Below, one piece after another: positions 49,289 to 59,499 of a stretch of DNA of 64,000 nt. The position numbers were made by a program, and so were the translations under genes. The DNA comes from an uncultured Acidobacteriota bacterium. GTDB taxonomy: Bacteria > Acidobacteriota > UBA6911. The notes below the pieces were generated by a model. It worked only from the letters and a program-made list of their open reading frames with translations. It was not told where the DNA came from and ran no database searches. Position 1 is the stretch's first letter. Every line of letters starts with the position of its first letter. Where the stretch lies: positions 160,001-224,000 of the forward strand of contig CAWHCF010000023.1 in assembly GCA_963827655.1 (NCBI GenBank), in the 5' to 3' direction.

Positions 49289-51772
49289 TTACTGGTAGCG
49301 CAGGGCGATCATCGGATCGACCCTGGTGGCTCTTCGGGCCGGGACGTAGCACGCCGCGAGCGCCACACCGGTGAGCAGCAGCGCCACGGCGGCAAATATC
49401 GCAGGGTCGGTCGGCTTCACTCCGAACAGCAGATTCGCCACCAGGCGCGTCAGCGCGAGCGCGGCCGCCAGACCGGCGGCGACGCCAATGAGCGTCAACG
49501 TCAATCCGCGGACGAGGACAAGCCGCAGAATGTCCCGCTCGCCGGCGCCCAGCGCCATGCGGACGCCGATCTCGTGTGTGCGCTGGGCTACACTGTAAGC
49601 AATTACTCCGTAGAGGCCGACTGTTCCCAGCGCCAGTGCCAGCGCCGCGAACAGTCCGATCAGCAAAGCATTGAAGCGCGGCGTCGCCACTGCCCTCGAC
49701 AGGACGTCGGTCATCGTGCCGGCGTTCAAGATGGCCTGTTCCTTGTCCAGGTCTGACACGGCGCGCCGCACCCCACCAATCAAGCTCGTCGGATCAGACG
49801 ACGCCCGGATCACCAGAGCCAGGTCGCGGACAGGCCGCTGCAGGAACGGAGTGAACATCTCCGGCAGGGGCGCTGCTTCGAGTCCCAGATGCTTGACATC
49901 AGCCACAACCCCGACAATCTCGCGCAGACCCTGTGCGATGTCGACCTCCGGCGGACGGTTGGGGAAAAACCGCAACGACTCGAATACCAGCGCAACGCGC
50001 TTGCCGATGGGGTCCTCCGCCGGCCAGTAACGCCGCGCCATCGTTTCATTGATGATCGCCACGCGCGGAGCTTCTCTACTATCGCGCTCGGTGAATGCGC
50101 GGCCCTTCACGAGTGGAATGCCCAGCGCGCGGAAATAGTCGGACGTCACCGAACGATAATGCGCACGCCGATCGTCCTCGGCGCCGGGCGGCTTTCCTTC
50201 GATATGGATAAAGCCGCTGCTATCGAATCCGCTGAGCGGCAAGAATTCAACCGCTCCTGCGGCCTGCGCTCCCGGAAGAGTTTGAATGCGTTTCAGAAGT
50301 TCATCATAAAAAGCCGTGACTTGCTCGTTCCGGGCGTATTTCGTGCGCGAGAGATTGAGATCCACCGTGAGCACATTCTCCGGGCGGTGGAATCCCAGGC
50401 CCACATCGAGCAGGCGCAAGAAGCTCTTTCCCATCAGTCCGGCGCCGATGAGCAGGACCACGGCCAGCGCCACTTCGGAGACAACCAGCAGGTTGCGCCC
50501 CGGCGTGCGGTCCTGACGGCCTGCTGAGGGCGTTCCTTCCCTCAGCGCGTCCTGCAGATCGCGGCGCGCGCCAGCCCAGGCCGGCACAAGGCCAAAGACC
50601 AAGCCGGTTAAGAGCGACAGCCCGAATGCGTACCCCAGCACGACCCCGCTCACACCAATCTGCTCCCGCGGAACGGTGTAAACGGTGGAGAAATCCGGCG
50701 TCTGGTACGGCAAAGCGGCGAGAAAGTCCACACCCCAGAACGCCAGGATGATTCCCACGCCACCGCCCAGAAGTGAGAGCACGACGCTTTCAGTCAGCAG
50801 TTGACGCGCCAGCCGGAAACGTCCTGCGCCCAGCGCGGCGCGGATGGCAATCTCCCGGTACCTCGCTGCCGCGCGGGCCAGCAGAAGGTTCGCCACGTTG
50901 GTACAAGCAATCAGCAGGACAAAGCCGACCGCGCCAAGCAGCACCCACAATGCCATGCGCACGTTTTTCACTACCTGGTCTTTCAGCAGCACCACGCGTA
51001 TGCGCCGGCCACGATTCTCAGGATATTGTTGCTCCAGACGGCGGGCTAACACGTCCATCTCCGCCTGAGCCTGCGCCAGCGCCACCCCGGGCTTCAATCT
51101 TGCAATGACACCGAGCGAATGGACGGCTCGAGCGTAACGCCGATCGCGGAAATGATCGAGTCCCAGTGGAATCCACACCTCGGTCGGCTTGGGGAAGCTG
51201 ATGAACCGAAACTCAGGCGGAAGGACGCCGACGAGTTCGTAGCTCTCGCTGTCAAGCGAAATCGTCCTGCCAACCAATTCGGGATCGGCGTTGAACCGGC
51301 GCTTCCACAGGCTATGGCTGATTACCGCGATCCGCGGGGTGTCCGGCTCATCTTCCTCAGGCCGGAACCCGCGCCCGATGATGGGCTTGACTCGAAAAAC
51401 ATCGAAGAAGTTCGAAGAGACCAATGCCGACTGCAACTGCTCCGGTTCATCCCCCTGCGAGAGACTGACCCGGCCTGGATTTACTACAGACATGCCTTCG
51501 AAGACCTGGTTCTGACTGCGGATGTCGTTAAAGTTCGGCAGAGAGAATTGAAGCTGTTCGCGGCCCTGCTGCGGCATACTTCCCCAGAGCAACGCGAGCC
51601 GATCCGGTTCGCTGAACGGCAGCGGCCGCAGCAAGACAGCGTGCACGACACTGAACAAGGAAGTGTTGGCGCCAACCCCCAGCGCCAGCGTCACCACAGC
51701 CGCCGCGGTAACGCCGGGACTTTTCGCCAGCATGCGCACACCGTATTTCAGATCTTGCCAAAAGTTTTCCAT
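49289..51772 (-). CDS. ABC-type permease, ADOP (duplicated MacB/FtsX) family
   Basis: WQDLKYGVRML.KSPG, LALGVGANT, LLIACTNVANLLLAR, RTHEIGVRMALGA, PARRATRVDPMIALR. Confidence 0.93.
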   Translation of the reverse strand: MENFWQDLKYGVRMLAKSPGVTAAAVVTLALGVGANTSLFSVVHAVLLRPLPFSEPDRLALLWGSMPQQGREQLQFSLPNFNDIRSQNQVFEGMSVVNPGRVSLSQGDEPEQLQSALVSSNFFDVFRVKPIIGRGFRPEEDEPDTPRIAVISHSLWKRRFNADPELVGRTISLDSESYELVGVLPPEFRFISFPKPTEVWIPLGLDHFRDRRYARAVHSLGVIARLKPGVALAQAQAEMDVLARRLEQQYPENRGRRIRVVLLKDQVVKNVRMALWVLLGAVGFVLLIACTNVANLLLARAAARYREIAIRAALGAGRFRLARQLLTESVVLSLLGGGVGIILAFWGVDFLAALPYQTPDFSTVYTVPREQIGVSGVVLGYAFGLSLLTGLVFGLVPAWAGARRDLQDALREGTPSAGRQDRTPGRNLLVVSEVALAVVLLIGAGLMGKSFLRLLDVGLGFHRPENVLTVDLNLSRTKYARNEQVTAFYDELLKRIQTLPGAQAAGAVEFLPLSGFDSSGFIHIEGKPPGAEDDRRAHYRSVTSDYFRALGIPLVKGRAFTERDSREAPRVAIINETMARRYWPAEDPIGKRVALVFESLRFFPNRPPEVDIAQGLREIVGVVADVKHLGLEAAPLPEMFTPFLQRPVRDLALVIRASSDPTSLIGGVRRAVSDLDKEQAILNAGTMTDVLSRAVATPRFNALLIGLFAALALALGTVGLYGVIAYSVAQRTHEIGVRMALGAGERDILRLVLVRGLTLTLIGVAAGLAAALALTRLVANLLFGVKPTDPAIFAAVALLLTGVALAACYVPARRATRVDPMIALRYQ

Positions 51773-51994
51773 CACTCTAACGTCCGCCTTGCCTCGAACG
51801 AATACCACCAGGACACGAAGACACGAAGAAACACCAAGGCAAGAGACGTACCAGGCTGATGTCTTGTCAACTGTCCGGGTTTGCGAAAGTTACCAAACGC
51901 CGCAACGCTCCTGCTTCCACCGGGTGTCCGGCTCTGGGACCGCTTTGTCCAGAATCGCACACAGCGGCCGCAAGACTCCGGGCGTCTTTACACC

Positions 51995-53119
51995 TTAGCG
52001 TTGGCTTTCGCGGGAAGTTTCTGACCGAAAGGCACGGCCCGCAGCATCTGCGGCCAGAATCGCGTCCGCCACCATATCCGGTCTCACCTCGAAAGGCTCA
52101 TTGTGAATGGTTTCGCCCTGGGCGGTGGCACGCGCGGAGATCCCGGCCAGGACCGCAGCCGGGATTTGCGCAAGTCCCACCTGGGCCAGAGTGACCGGGA
52201 GGCCGACATCCGTTGAGAAGCGAAGAACTTCCTCTATCACGGCCCTGGGCCTTCCTTCCATTACCAGCTGGACCAGGGTCCCGAAAGCGACTTTTTCCCC
52301 GTGGAAGAAGCCATGAGTAGCCTGGGCGACGGTCAAGCCATTATGGATGGCGTGAGCCGCCGCCAGACCTGAAGATTCGAAGCCCAGGCCGGAGAGCAGA
52401 GTGTTCGCCTCCACCAATCGCTCGAGAGCCGGCGTCACTGCCTGAACCTCGACCGCTCGCAGGGCAGCCGTGCCGTCGGCCAGGAGCGTGCGATAGCACA
52501 GCTCCGCCAGCGCCAGGGCGCTCTGAGTTGAGCCTCCCCCGCGCATGTTTTTGACATGTCCTTCGACGCATGTCCTGGCCTCGAACAGGGTAGCCAGAGC
52601 ATCTCCCATGCCGGCCACCAGGAGACGAGCCGGGCTACGGGCGATGACGGCAGTATCGACCAGAACCAGATCAGGGTTTTTTCGGTAGAAGCGGTACTGC
52701 TGAAAGACGCCCTCCTCGGTGTAAATAACCGAGAGGGCGCTGCAGGGGGCGTCGCTGGAAGCGATCGTCGGGCAGTTCACCGCCGGCAGGTCCAGGTCAG
52801 CTGCGGCAGCCCGGCCGGTATCGAGAGCCTTGCCGCCGCCGGCGGCGATAATGACCCGCGCGCCGCATGCTTTCGCCGAGACTTTGACCCGCTCGATCTC
52901 AGGCAGCGAGCACTCTCCGCCAAAGGTGTGCACATTGTAAGAGATGTCCGCCTGGGACAGGGTCCTGCGCCATGCTTCCGCCAGGATCTTGATGGCCGTC
53001 TTCCCGGCCACAATCAAGGCCGGCCCCTTCAAGCCCAGGGTTGCCATCTCCTGTCCTAAATTGTCTGTGGCGTTCTTTCCCTGCGTATAGCGGCTGGGGC
53101 AACAGAATACCGACAACAT
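51995..53119 (-). CDS. gldA: Glycerol dehydrogenase
   Basis: PSRYTQG, GGGKALD, PTIASSDAPCSALSVIY, GMGDALAT, GLAAAHAIHNG, HGEKVAFG. Confidence 0.9.
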   Translation of the reverse strand: MLSVFCCPSRYTQGKNATDNLGQEMATLGLKGPALIVAGKTAIKILAEAWRRTLSQADISYNVHTFGGECSLPEIERVKVSAKACGARVIIAAGGGKALDTGRAAAADLDLPAVNCPTIASSDAPCSALSVIYTEEGVFQQYRFYRKNPDLVLVDTAVIARSPARLLVAGMGDALATLFEARTCVEGHVKNMRGGGSTQSALALAELCYRTLLADGTAALRAVEVQAVTPALERLVEANTLLSGLGFESSGLAAAHAIHNGLTVAQATHGFFHGEKVAFGTLVQLVMEGRPRAVIEEVLRFSTDVGLPVTLAQVGLAQIPAAVLAGISARATAQGETIHNEPFEVRPDMVADAILAADAAGRAFRSETSRESQR

Positions 53120-53127
53120 AAGGCCCT

Positions 53128-53303
53128 CGATTTACGATTGACGATTACGATTGACGATTGAAACTGCATTCGTCATTACGAACTGCTGCGCCCGTTATCC
53201 ACATGGATCTGGCTACGATTGACGATTTACGATTGAAACTGCATCGCGAACGGTTAGTCACCGAGCCCAATCGTAAATCGTAAATCGTAAATCGTAAATC
53301 GAA
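53128..53303. repeat. Heptamer tandem repeats (ACGATTK)n and inverted (AATCGTA)n
   Basis: Tracts at 53128-53160 and 53215-53235, and an inverted tract at 53269-53303, in the gldA/polB divergent region. Confidence 0.85.
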
Positions 53304-55619
53304 ATGCGGGCATTCATCCTGAATCCCACCTATCGCGTCGTCCGGGGTACTCCGGAAGTCCATCTGTATAGCGTACTCGAGTCCGGCGAGCCCTGCGTGA
53401 TCATCGACGATCGCATGCGCCCTTACTTCTTTGTCCGCGAGGTCGACGAACCGAAGGTTCGAAAGCTGGCACCGTCTGCTGCGCTGGAACCCTGTAACTT
53501 GCGCAGCTTTGCCGGGGAAGCTGTTTTGCGGCTGGAAGTCTCTGTTCCCGGGGAGGTGCCGGCGTTACGGCAACGCCTGGAAGACGCAAGCGTGGAATGT
53601 TTCGAAGCGGATGTTCGCTTCGCCTATCGTTACATGATGGACCGGGGCATTCGTGGCTCATTCGAGGTGGAGGGTCCTTCCGCGCATAGCGGATCTCTCG
53701 GGCGCATCTATCGCAATCCGGTGCTGCATCCGTGTCCATGGGTCCCGCATCTCAAGGTACTATCGATCGATCTCGAAACAAGTCCCGATGGAGCAAGGCT
53801 GTACTCGGTCGCGTTTCACAGCCCTGACTTCAGCCGCGTACTTATCCTCCACGACTCGGTTCGGAAACAGGCCGATGTGGAAATCGTTCACTCCGAACCG
53901 GAGCTCATCCTGCGCTTTCTCCAACACGTCAGCCGGCAGGATCCCGACATCCTTACGGGGTGGAACGTCGTCGATTTCGATCTGGTCATGCTGGCACGCG
54001 CGGCCCGACGGCACGGGATGCGCTTCGCCATCGGACGCACGGACGACGATTTCGATTCCAGGCGGGAAGCGTCCTACACGCGCGAGTCACGAGCCCTGAC
54101 GTATGGACGCCTCGTGCTTGACGCCCAATCATTGATGCGAGGCGCCTTCATTCGACTTCAGGACTACAGGCTTGAGACCGCGGCGCAAAACATCCTCGGG
54201 CGCGGCAAACTGATCAAAGGCGCGGATCGCCGCTTCGAGATCGAGCGCCTTTATCGCAGCGATCCGCAGAGTCTGGTGCAATACAACCTGGAAGACGCCC
54301 GCCTGGTCACCGAGATTCTGGACCGGACCGGTCTGATCAATCTCGCCATCGAGCGGAGTCTACTCACCGGCATGCCGCTCGACCGGGTGAGCGCCGCTAT
54401 CGCTTCGATCGATTCGCTCTATCTTCGCGCCCTGAGGAGCCGGGGCGTGGTGGCGCCCTCGGTCGGCCGGGACGTCCGGCAAGCCAGCATCACAGGCGGC
54501 TACGTAATGGACGCCCAACCGGGACTCTATCGCAACGTCCTGGTCTTCGATTTCAAGAGCCTCTACCCCAGCATCATTCGGACCTTCAATCTCGATCCCC
54601 TGACGCTGGTTTCGAACGGCGCAGCGGCTGCAGACGCACTGGCCGCGCCTAACGGCGCGCGCTTCCGGCGCGACGTGCAGGGGATTCTGCCCGATCTGGT
54701 GGCAAAGGTTGCCGAGGAGCGCGAACAGGCCCGGAAGGCAGGCCAACACGTCAAGGCTTATGCGATGAAGATCTTGATGAACTCCCTCTATGGGGTCCTG
54801 GGTTCCGGCGCTTCCCGGCTGTTCTTTCCCTCGGTGGCCAATGCCATCACTTATTTCGGTCAGCTATTGATTCGGACCGCCGCCGAATTCGCATCGGGTT
54901 CAGGGTATCGCGTCATCTACGGCGATACCGACTCCCTGTTCGTCGATTCCGCCGAGGATGATTCGGAGCGCGCGCTCGCCGTCGCGCACCGCTTGCGCGT
55001 CAATATCGGGGACGCCGTAGCGGCTTTCGTGCGCGAACGATTCGCCTGCGAGAGCTATCTGGAACTCGAATTCGAGAAACTGTACGCGCGCTTTTTCCTG
55101 CCCGAGGTGCGCGGCGGAAAGATCGGGAGCAAGAAACGATACGCGGGCCTTGTGATCGAGGCGGACGGCAGCGAACGTCTCGAGTTCGTCGGCCTGGAGT
55201 ATGTGCGCCGGGACTGGAGCGATGCCAGCAAGAAATTTCAAAAGGAATTGTTGAACCTGGTCTTTCACGACCGGCCCGTCGCGGACCTGGTTCGAAGCTT
55301 TGTCGCGGATTTGCGCGCGGGCGGTCTTGATGGGCAGCTGGTCTATCGAAAGGCCGTACGCAAGGATCTGGAGGACTACACAAAAACCACGCCGCCGCAC
55401 GTTCAGGCGGCGCGCCGGCAGCGTCATCCGGGCAGCCGCCTGGTCGAGTATGTGATGACCCATCATGGCCCGGAACCGGTCGGAGAGGAGACGGCGCCGC
55501 TCGACTACGAGCACTACATCGAGCATCAGATCAAACCCGTCGCCGACGCGATTCTCCGGTTCCTCGGAACCAGCCTTGACGGCATATTGGATGCCAGGCG
55601 GCAGCTGAGCCTTTTCTGA
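53304..55619 (+). CDS. polB: DNA polymerase II (family B)
   Basis: Exonuclease motifs SIDLET, GWNVVDFD, YNLED; polymerase motifs DFKSLYPSII, KILMNSLYG, YGDTDS, SKKRYAG; C-terminal QLSLF clamp-binding motif. Confidence 0.95.
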   Translation: MRAFILNPTYRVVRGTPEVHLYSVLESGEPCVIIDDRMRPYFFVREVDEPKVRKLAPSAALEPCNLRSFAGEAVLRLEVSVPGEVPALRQRLEDASVECFEADVRFAYRYMMDRGIRGSFEVEGPSAHSGSLGRIYRNPVLHPCPWVPHLKVLSIDLETSPDGARLYSVAFHSPDFSRVLILHDSVRKQADVEIVHSEPELILRFLQHVSRQDPDILTGWNVVDFDLVMLARAARRHGMRFAIGRTDDDFDSRREASYTRESRALTYGRLVLDAQSLMRGAFIRLQDYRLETAAQNILGRGKLIKGADRRFEIERLYRSDPQSLVQYNLEDARLVTEILDRTGLINLAIERSLLTGMPLDRVSAAIASIDSLYLRALRSRGVVAPSVGRDVRQASITGGYVMDAQPGLYRNVLVFDFKSLYPSIIRTFNLDPLTLVSNGAAAADALAAPNGARFRRDVQGILPDLVAKVAEEREQARKAGQHVKAYAMKILMNSLYGVLGSGASRLFFPSVANAITYFGQLLIRTAAEFASGSGYRVIYGDTDSLFVDSAEDDSERALAVAHRLRVNIGDAVAAFVRERFACESYLELEFEKLYARFFLPEVRGGKIGSKKRYAGLVIEADGSERLEFVGLEYVRRDWSDASKKFQKELLNLVFHDRPVADLVRSFVADLRAGGLDGQLVYRKAVRKDLEDYTKTTPPHVQAARRQRHPGSRLVEYVMTHHGPEPVGEETAPLDYEHYIEHQIKPVADAILRFLGTSLDGILDARRQLSLF

Positions 55620-55721
55620 GCAACTCGAGCTTCGACAAGGTTCTTAGGGTTTCTTCGTGTCTTGGTGTCTTAGTGGTATTTTTTCCTCGCGGCTCTAACC
55701 ACGAAGACACGAAGGAGTAGA

Positions 55722-57092
55722 GTGAATCCCAGTCAAATCAACCCCTCGGCCCCATCGCGCGTCGTCGATCTGGGCCAGATTCTGGATGAAGGGCGTTGGG
55801 GAGGCAGGCAGAAACTGTTCGTGTTTCTGACCGCCCTCGCCATCGTCTTCGACGGCGTCGACAATCAACTGATCGGCATTGCCGTTCCCTCGCTGATGAA
55901 GGACTGGTCGCTCGCCCGCGGCGCATTCGCGCCCATTCTCGCCAGCGGCATGATCGGCATGATGCTCGGCGGGGCAATCGCCGGCATCATCGGTGATCGG
56001 ATCGGACGCAAGTTTGCTCTGATCGGCAGCGTACTGGTGTTCGGCCTCCTCACGACGTCTGTTGCGATCGCGGACAATCTCTGGACTCTTGGAGTGCTGC
56101 GTTTCCTGGCGGGACTCGGCCTCGGGGGCGCTCTGCCCAACGCGGCGGCGCTCGCATCGGAATACGTCCCACGGCGCCATCGTCCTTTTGCCGTCACGCT
56201 GACTATCGTCTGCGTCCCGCTCGGCGGCACGCTCGCCGCTCTCCTGGGCGGACGCGTGCTCCCGGTTCTGGGATGGCGGTGGCTCTTCGCCATTGGCGGA
56301 GTGCTTCCGCTCGCCGCCGCCGTCGTTCTGATGCGCTACTTGCCGGAGTCTCCGCGCTATCTGGCGCGCTATCCCGAACGCTGGCCGGAGCTGGCGGGAG
56401 TTCTCAGACGCATCGGCCACAATGTCCTGCCCGACGCCACCTTCGTCGATCCGGGAGAGAAGGCCGGGTCCCGCGCGTCGGTCGGCGCGCTCTTCACGAC
56501 TGACTTGCGCCACGACACGCTGGCGCTGTGCGGCGCGTTCTTCTCCTGTCTGCTCGCAGTCTACACGGCGTTCAACTGGGTGCCTTCGGTGCTGGCGGGG
56601 GCTGGTCTGGGTCTTGCCGTCGCCAGTAACGGTCTGGCCGCGTTCAACCTCGGCGGCGTCGCAGGCGCGATTTGCGGAGGGCTGGTGATCGCCCGCTACG
56701 GCTCGAGACCCACGATGCTGGGGATGTCCGCGGGCGCCATTGCCGGCGCGCTGGGACTGGCGGCGATGCCAATCGTGGCCTTATCGGATGCCTTCCCGAT
56801 TATCGCGCTGCTGGGGATTACCGGGGGACTGATCAACGCTGTGCAGACAACGATGTATGCGCTGGCGGCTCATGTTTACCCGACATCGGTTCGCGCCACC
56901 GGTGTGGGCACGGCGGTCGCCGTCGGCCGCTCCGGAGGCGTCCTGAGTACGTACGCAGGGGCCTGGGCGCTCGAGTTGGGAGGGAGTGGAGCGTTCTTCG
57001 GCCTGATGGCCGCCGCCATGACACTGGTGTTGGGCTGCCTGGCTGCCGTGCGGCGACACGTTCCTCGAACGCCGGCCACCGAAATTCGGTGA
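55722..57092 (+). CDS. MFS aromatic acid:H+ symporter (PcaK/BenK-like)
   Basis: DGVDNQLIG, GDRIGRK, RFLAGLGLGG, EYVP, PES, YPTSVRATG; converges on pcaB. Confidence 0.85.
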   Translation: MNPSQINPSAPSRVVDLGQILDEGRWGGRQKLFVFLTALAIVFDGVDNQLIGIAVPSLMKDWSLARGAFAPILASGMIGMMLGGAIAGIIGDRIGRKFALIGSVLVFGLLTTSVAIADNLWTLGVLRFLAGLGLGGALPNAAALASEYVPRRHRPFAVTLTIVCVPLGGTLAALLGGRVLPVLGWRWLFAIGGVLPLAAAVVLMRYLPESPRYLARYPERWPELAGVLRRIGHNVLPDATFVDPGEKAGSRASVGALFTTDLRHDTLALCGAFFSCLLAVYTAFNWVPSVLAGAGLGLAVASNGLAAFNLGGVAGAICGGLVIARYGSRPTMLGMSAGAIAGALGLAAMPIVALSDAFPIIALLGITGGLINAVQTTMYALAAHVYPTSVRATGVGTAVAVGRSGGVLSTYAGAWALELGGSGAFFGLMAAAMTLVLGCLAAVRRHVPRTPATEIR

Positions 57093-57169
57093 CAGGCACC
57101 AAATTGCGCGGTGATTGCGGTCAAAAGACCGATGTTTTGCCACGCAATTTTGGAGCCTGTCACCGAATT
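57083..57169. repeat. Long inverted repeat between convergent genes (possible bidirectional terminator or REPIN-like element)
   Basis: AATTCGGTGACAGGCACCAAATTGCG...CGCAATTTTGGAGCCTGTCACCGAATT. Confidence 0.7.
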
Positions 57170-58520
57170 ACTTCTTCGAGTCTTCGCGGTCATGGGACAG
57201 GAGCACGCGATCGATCAGCGCCTCGACCACCCCCAGATACTGTCGCGGGTCGAAGAGCCGGTCAAGTTGCTCCCGGCTCAGATGCTTCATCACTGCCGCG
57301 TCATCCTCGAGAACTTCACGCAGATGCCGCCTCCCCGCGCGCGCCCGTTCGCATGCCGCCCCAACCAGTTCGTGGGCCGCCATCCGGCCCATCACGCTCC
57401 CCAGAGCCATTTGAACCGCTTCCGAGAAAATCAACCCATGGGTCAGGTCGAGATTGGCTCGCATCCTGGCAACGTCGATCTCGAGTTCGACTATTGTGCG
57501 GGTCAAGTGGTGTAGCGCGCCTCCGGCCAGCCCGATGATCTCCGGCATGGTTTCCCACTCCGCATGCCAGCCGCCCAGCCCTCGTTCCTGTTGCTGCACC
57601 ATCGCGCCGAGCATCGCGCCGACCAGGCCGGGCATGCGTGCCGCGGCCGCCAGCACCACGGCTGACACGATCGGGTTGCGTTTGTGGGGCAAGGTCGAGG
57701 AGCCGCCGCGGCCTGCTCCCGCCGGCTCGAATACTTCCCCAACCTCGGTTTGCATTTGCAAGGCAACGTCGAGGGCAATCTTTCCCATCGTGCCGGTGCA
57801 CAGCCCCAGGGTGGCGGCCACCTCGACCCAACGATCCCGGTGAACGTGCCACGGAACATCGGGCACGGCGAGGTGCAGCTCTTCGCCGAGGGCTTTCGCA
57901 ACATCCAATCCGCTGCTCCCCAGCGCCGCAAGCGTCCCGACCGCTCCGCCAAATTGCACTACCAGCGCCCGGCGACCCGCATCGCGGAGCCGCTCGCGGT
58001 GACGATTGACCGCATCCAGCCATCCCGCCGCCTTAAACCCGAACGTCGTCGGCAACGCCTGCTGCATCAACGTTCGCCCGGCCACCGGAGTGGCTCGGTG
58101 CTTTTTAGACAGCTCCGCCAATGCACCCGAAAGAATTTCGAACTCCGCCTCGATCCGCCCCAGCGCACTGCGCAACTGCAGCGTGAATCCGGTGTCGATC
58201 GCATCCTGGCTCGTTGCTCCCCAGTGCACAAACCGCATGGCTTCATCGTCGTCTTTTCCGACCAGGGCGGTGAGCTGCTCAACCATCGGAATTGCGGGAT
58301 TGCCCGCCCACGCGGTTGCGCGCGCGAGCGAATCCATGTCGAAGAGCTCGGCCCGGCACCTGGCTGCGATGGCGATTGCGGCGGACGCGGGAATCACGCC
58401 TGCGCGCGCTTCGGCGCGCGCCAGCGCCGCCTCGAAATCCAGCATGCCTTGCAGACGGGCGCGGTCAGAAAACAGCTCTTCGATGTTTTCCCAGCGGAAC
58501 AACGGTTCCAGTAGGCGCAT
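57168..58520 (-). CDS. pcaB: 3-carboxy-cis,cis-muconate cycloisomerase
   Basis: MLDFEAALARA, HWGATSQD, GRTLMQQA, GGSSTLPHKRNP, GGWHAEW; downstream of pcaHG. Confidence 0.9.
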   Translation of the reverse strand: MRLLEPLFRWENIEELFSDRARLQGMLDFEAALARAEARAGVIPASAAIAIAARCRAELFDMDSLARATAWAGNPAIPMVEQLTALVGKDDDEAMRFVHWGATSQDAIDTGFTLQLRSALGRIEAEFEILSGALAELSKKHRATPVAGRTLMQQALPTTFGFKAAGWLDAVNRHRERLRDAGRRALVVQFGGAVGTLAALGSSGLDVAKALGEELHLAVPDVPWHVHRDRWVEVAATLGLCTGTMGKIALDVALQMQTEVGEVFEPAGAGRGGSSTLPHKRNPIVSAVVLAAAARMPGLVGAMLGAMVQQQERGLGGWHAEWETMPEIIGLAGGALHHLTRTIVELEIDVARMRANLDLTHGLIFSEAVQMALGSVMGRMAAHELVGAACERARAGRRHLREVLEDDAAVMKHLSREQLDRLFDPRQYLGVVEALIDRVLLSHDREDSKK

Positions 58521-58576
58521 GGACACCAATCTCAACCGGACAACGGGTGAGCTCCGGATGACTGCGCCAGCAAGCT

Positions 58577-58880
58577 CTGAACCTTACACGCATCTTGTAT
58601 TGGCCCAGAACGAATGGTTACGTCAGCCGGCCCTGAAAGGGCGAAGGAAATTAGCCGGGGGCAAGCGGAGCGCGGCCCCCGGTCACGCACAAACAAAGAG
58701 ACGCGCGCCCCGGAGGGGCGCTGGACGCTGCCCCTCGTTGCTCCGGCGCCCCTTCAGGGCGCATTGACTATTAACCCCTAGACCCCGGGCTGCGCTTCGC
58801 TTGCCCGGGGCTAATTTCCGTCGCCCCTCCGGGGGCAAGCAAACTTGCCGACACCAATGAGATGCGTCGTAAGGTTAACG
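58577..58880. mobile_element. MITE family 1, copy 2 (304 bp)
   Basis: Colinear with 290-586, same TIRs. 8-bp direct repeat AGCAAGCT at 58569-58576 and 58881-58888. Lies between pcaG and pcaB. Confidence 0.85.
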
Positions 58881-58928
58881 AGCAAGCTTGCGAATGTCCG
58901 ACAAGGCTGCGACCGTATTGCGTCCATT

Positions 58929-59498
58929 TCAGCAGTCAAAGAAAACCGTCTCCTCAGGCCCCTGCAGGATCACGTCCCACGCGAGTAGCCGGCTCTGTTC
59001 GTCCGCCTTCCTCGCAATCAGGGTGCCGCGTCGCGCCGGTTCGACCAGATTGAGGGCAAAATCCTCGTCGTTGCCCGGCTCATCGGGAAAATAGATCCGC
59101 GTAATCAGCCGGCGCAACAAACCACGCGCAAACACGGAAACGATGAGGTGCGGCGCCTGCGGCTTTCCATCCGGTCCCGGCACCGGGCCCGGTTTTATCG
59201 TGACAAAGCGGAACCTTCCTTTGTCATCGGTAGGAATCCGCCCGTACCCTGTGAAACCCGCTTCGAGCCGTTCGGCCCTTTTGTCCTCCGGGTGGGCGTA
59301 CCTTCCATGCGTGTCCGCTTGCCAGATCTCGATCAGCGCATCCGGCACCGGCTCGCCGTCGCCATCGAGCACCCGCCCGCCGATGGTCACGCGCTCCCCC
59401 GGGATGCCCGGTCCCGCCAGGTTATCTCGGTTCAGCCATGCGAGACCGATGGTGAAGAACGGACCCACGGTTTGTGACGGCGTCGCCGGGAGGCTCAT
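58929..59498 (-). CDS. pcaG: Protocatechuate 3,4-dioxygenase alpha subunit
   Basis: TPSQTVGPFF, EIWQAD, QAPH...FARGLL...TRIYF, LQGPEETVFFD. Confidence 0.93.
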   Translation of the reverse strand: MSLPATPSQTVGPFFTIGLAWLNRDNLAGPGIPGERVTIGGRVLDGDGEPVPDALIEIWQADTHGRYAHPEDKRAERLEAGFTGYGRIPTDDKGRFRFVTIKPGPVPGPDGKPQAPHLIVSVFARGLLRRLITRIYFPDEPGNDEDFALNLVEPARRGTLIARKADEQSRLLAWDVILQGPEETVFFDC

Positions 59499-59499
59499 A

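Noticed and set aside
53304-55619. Family B polymerase as a prophage/casposon/pipolin marker
   Set aside because: Typical cellular Pol II with a C-terminal clamp-binding motif; no integrase, Cas1 or phage genes nearby.
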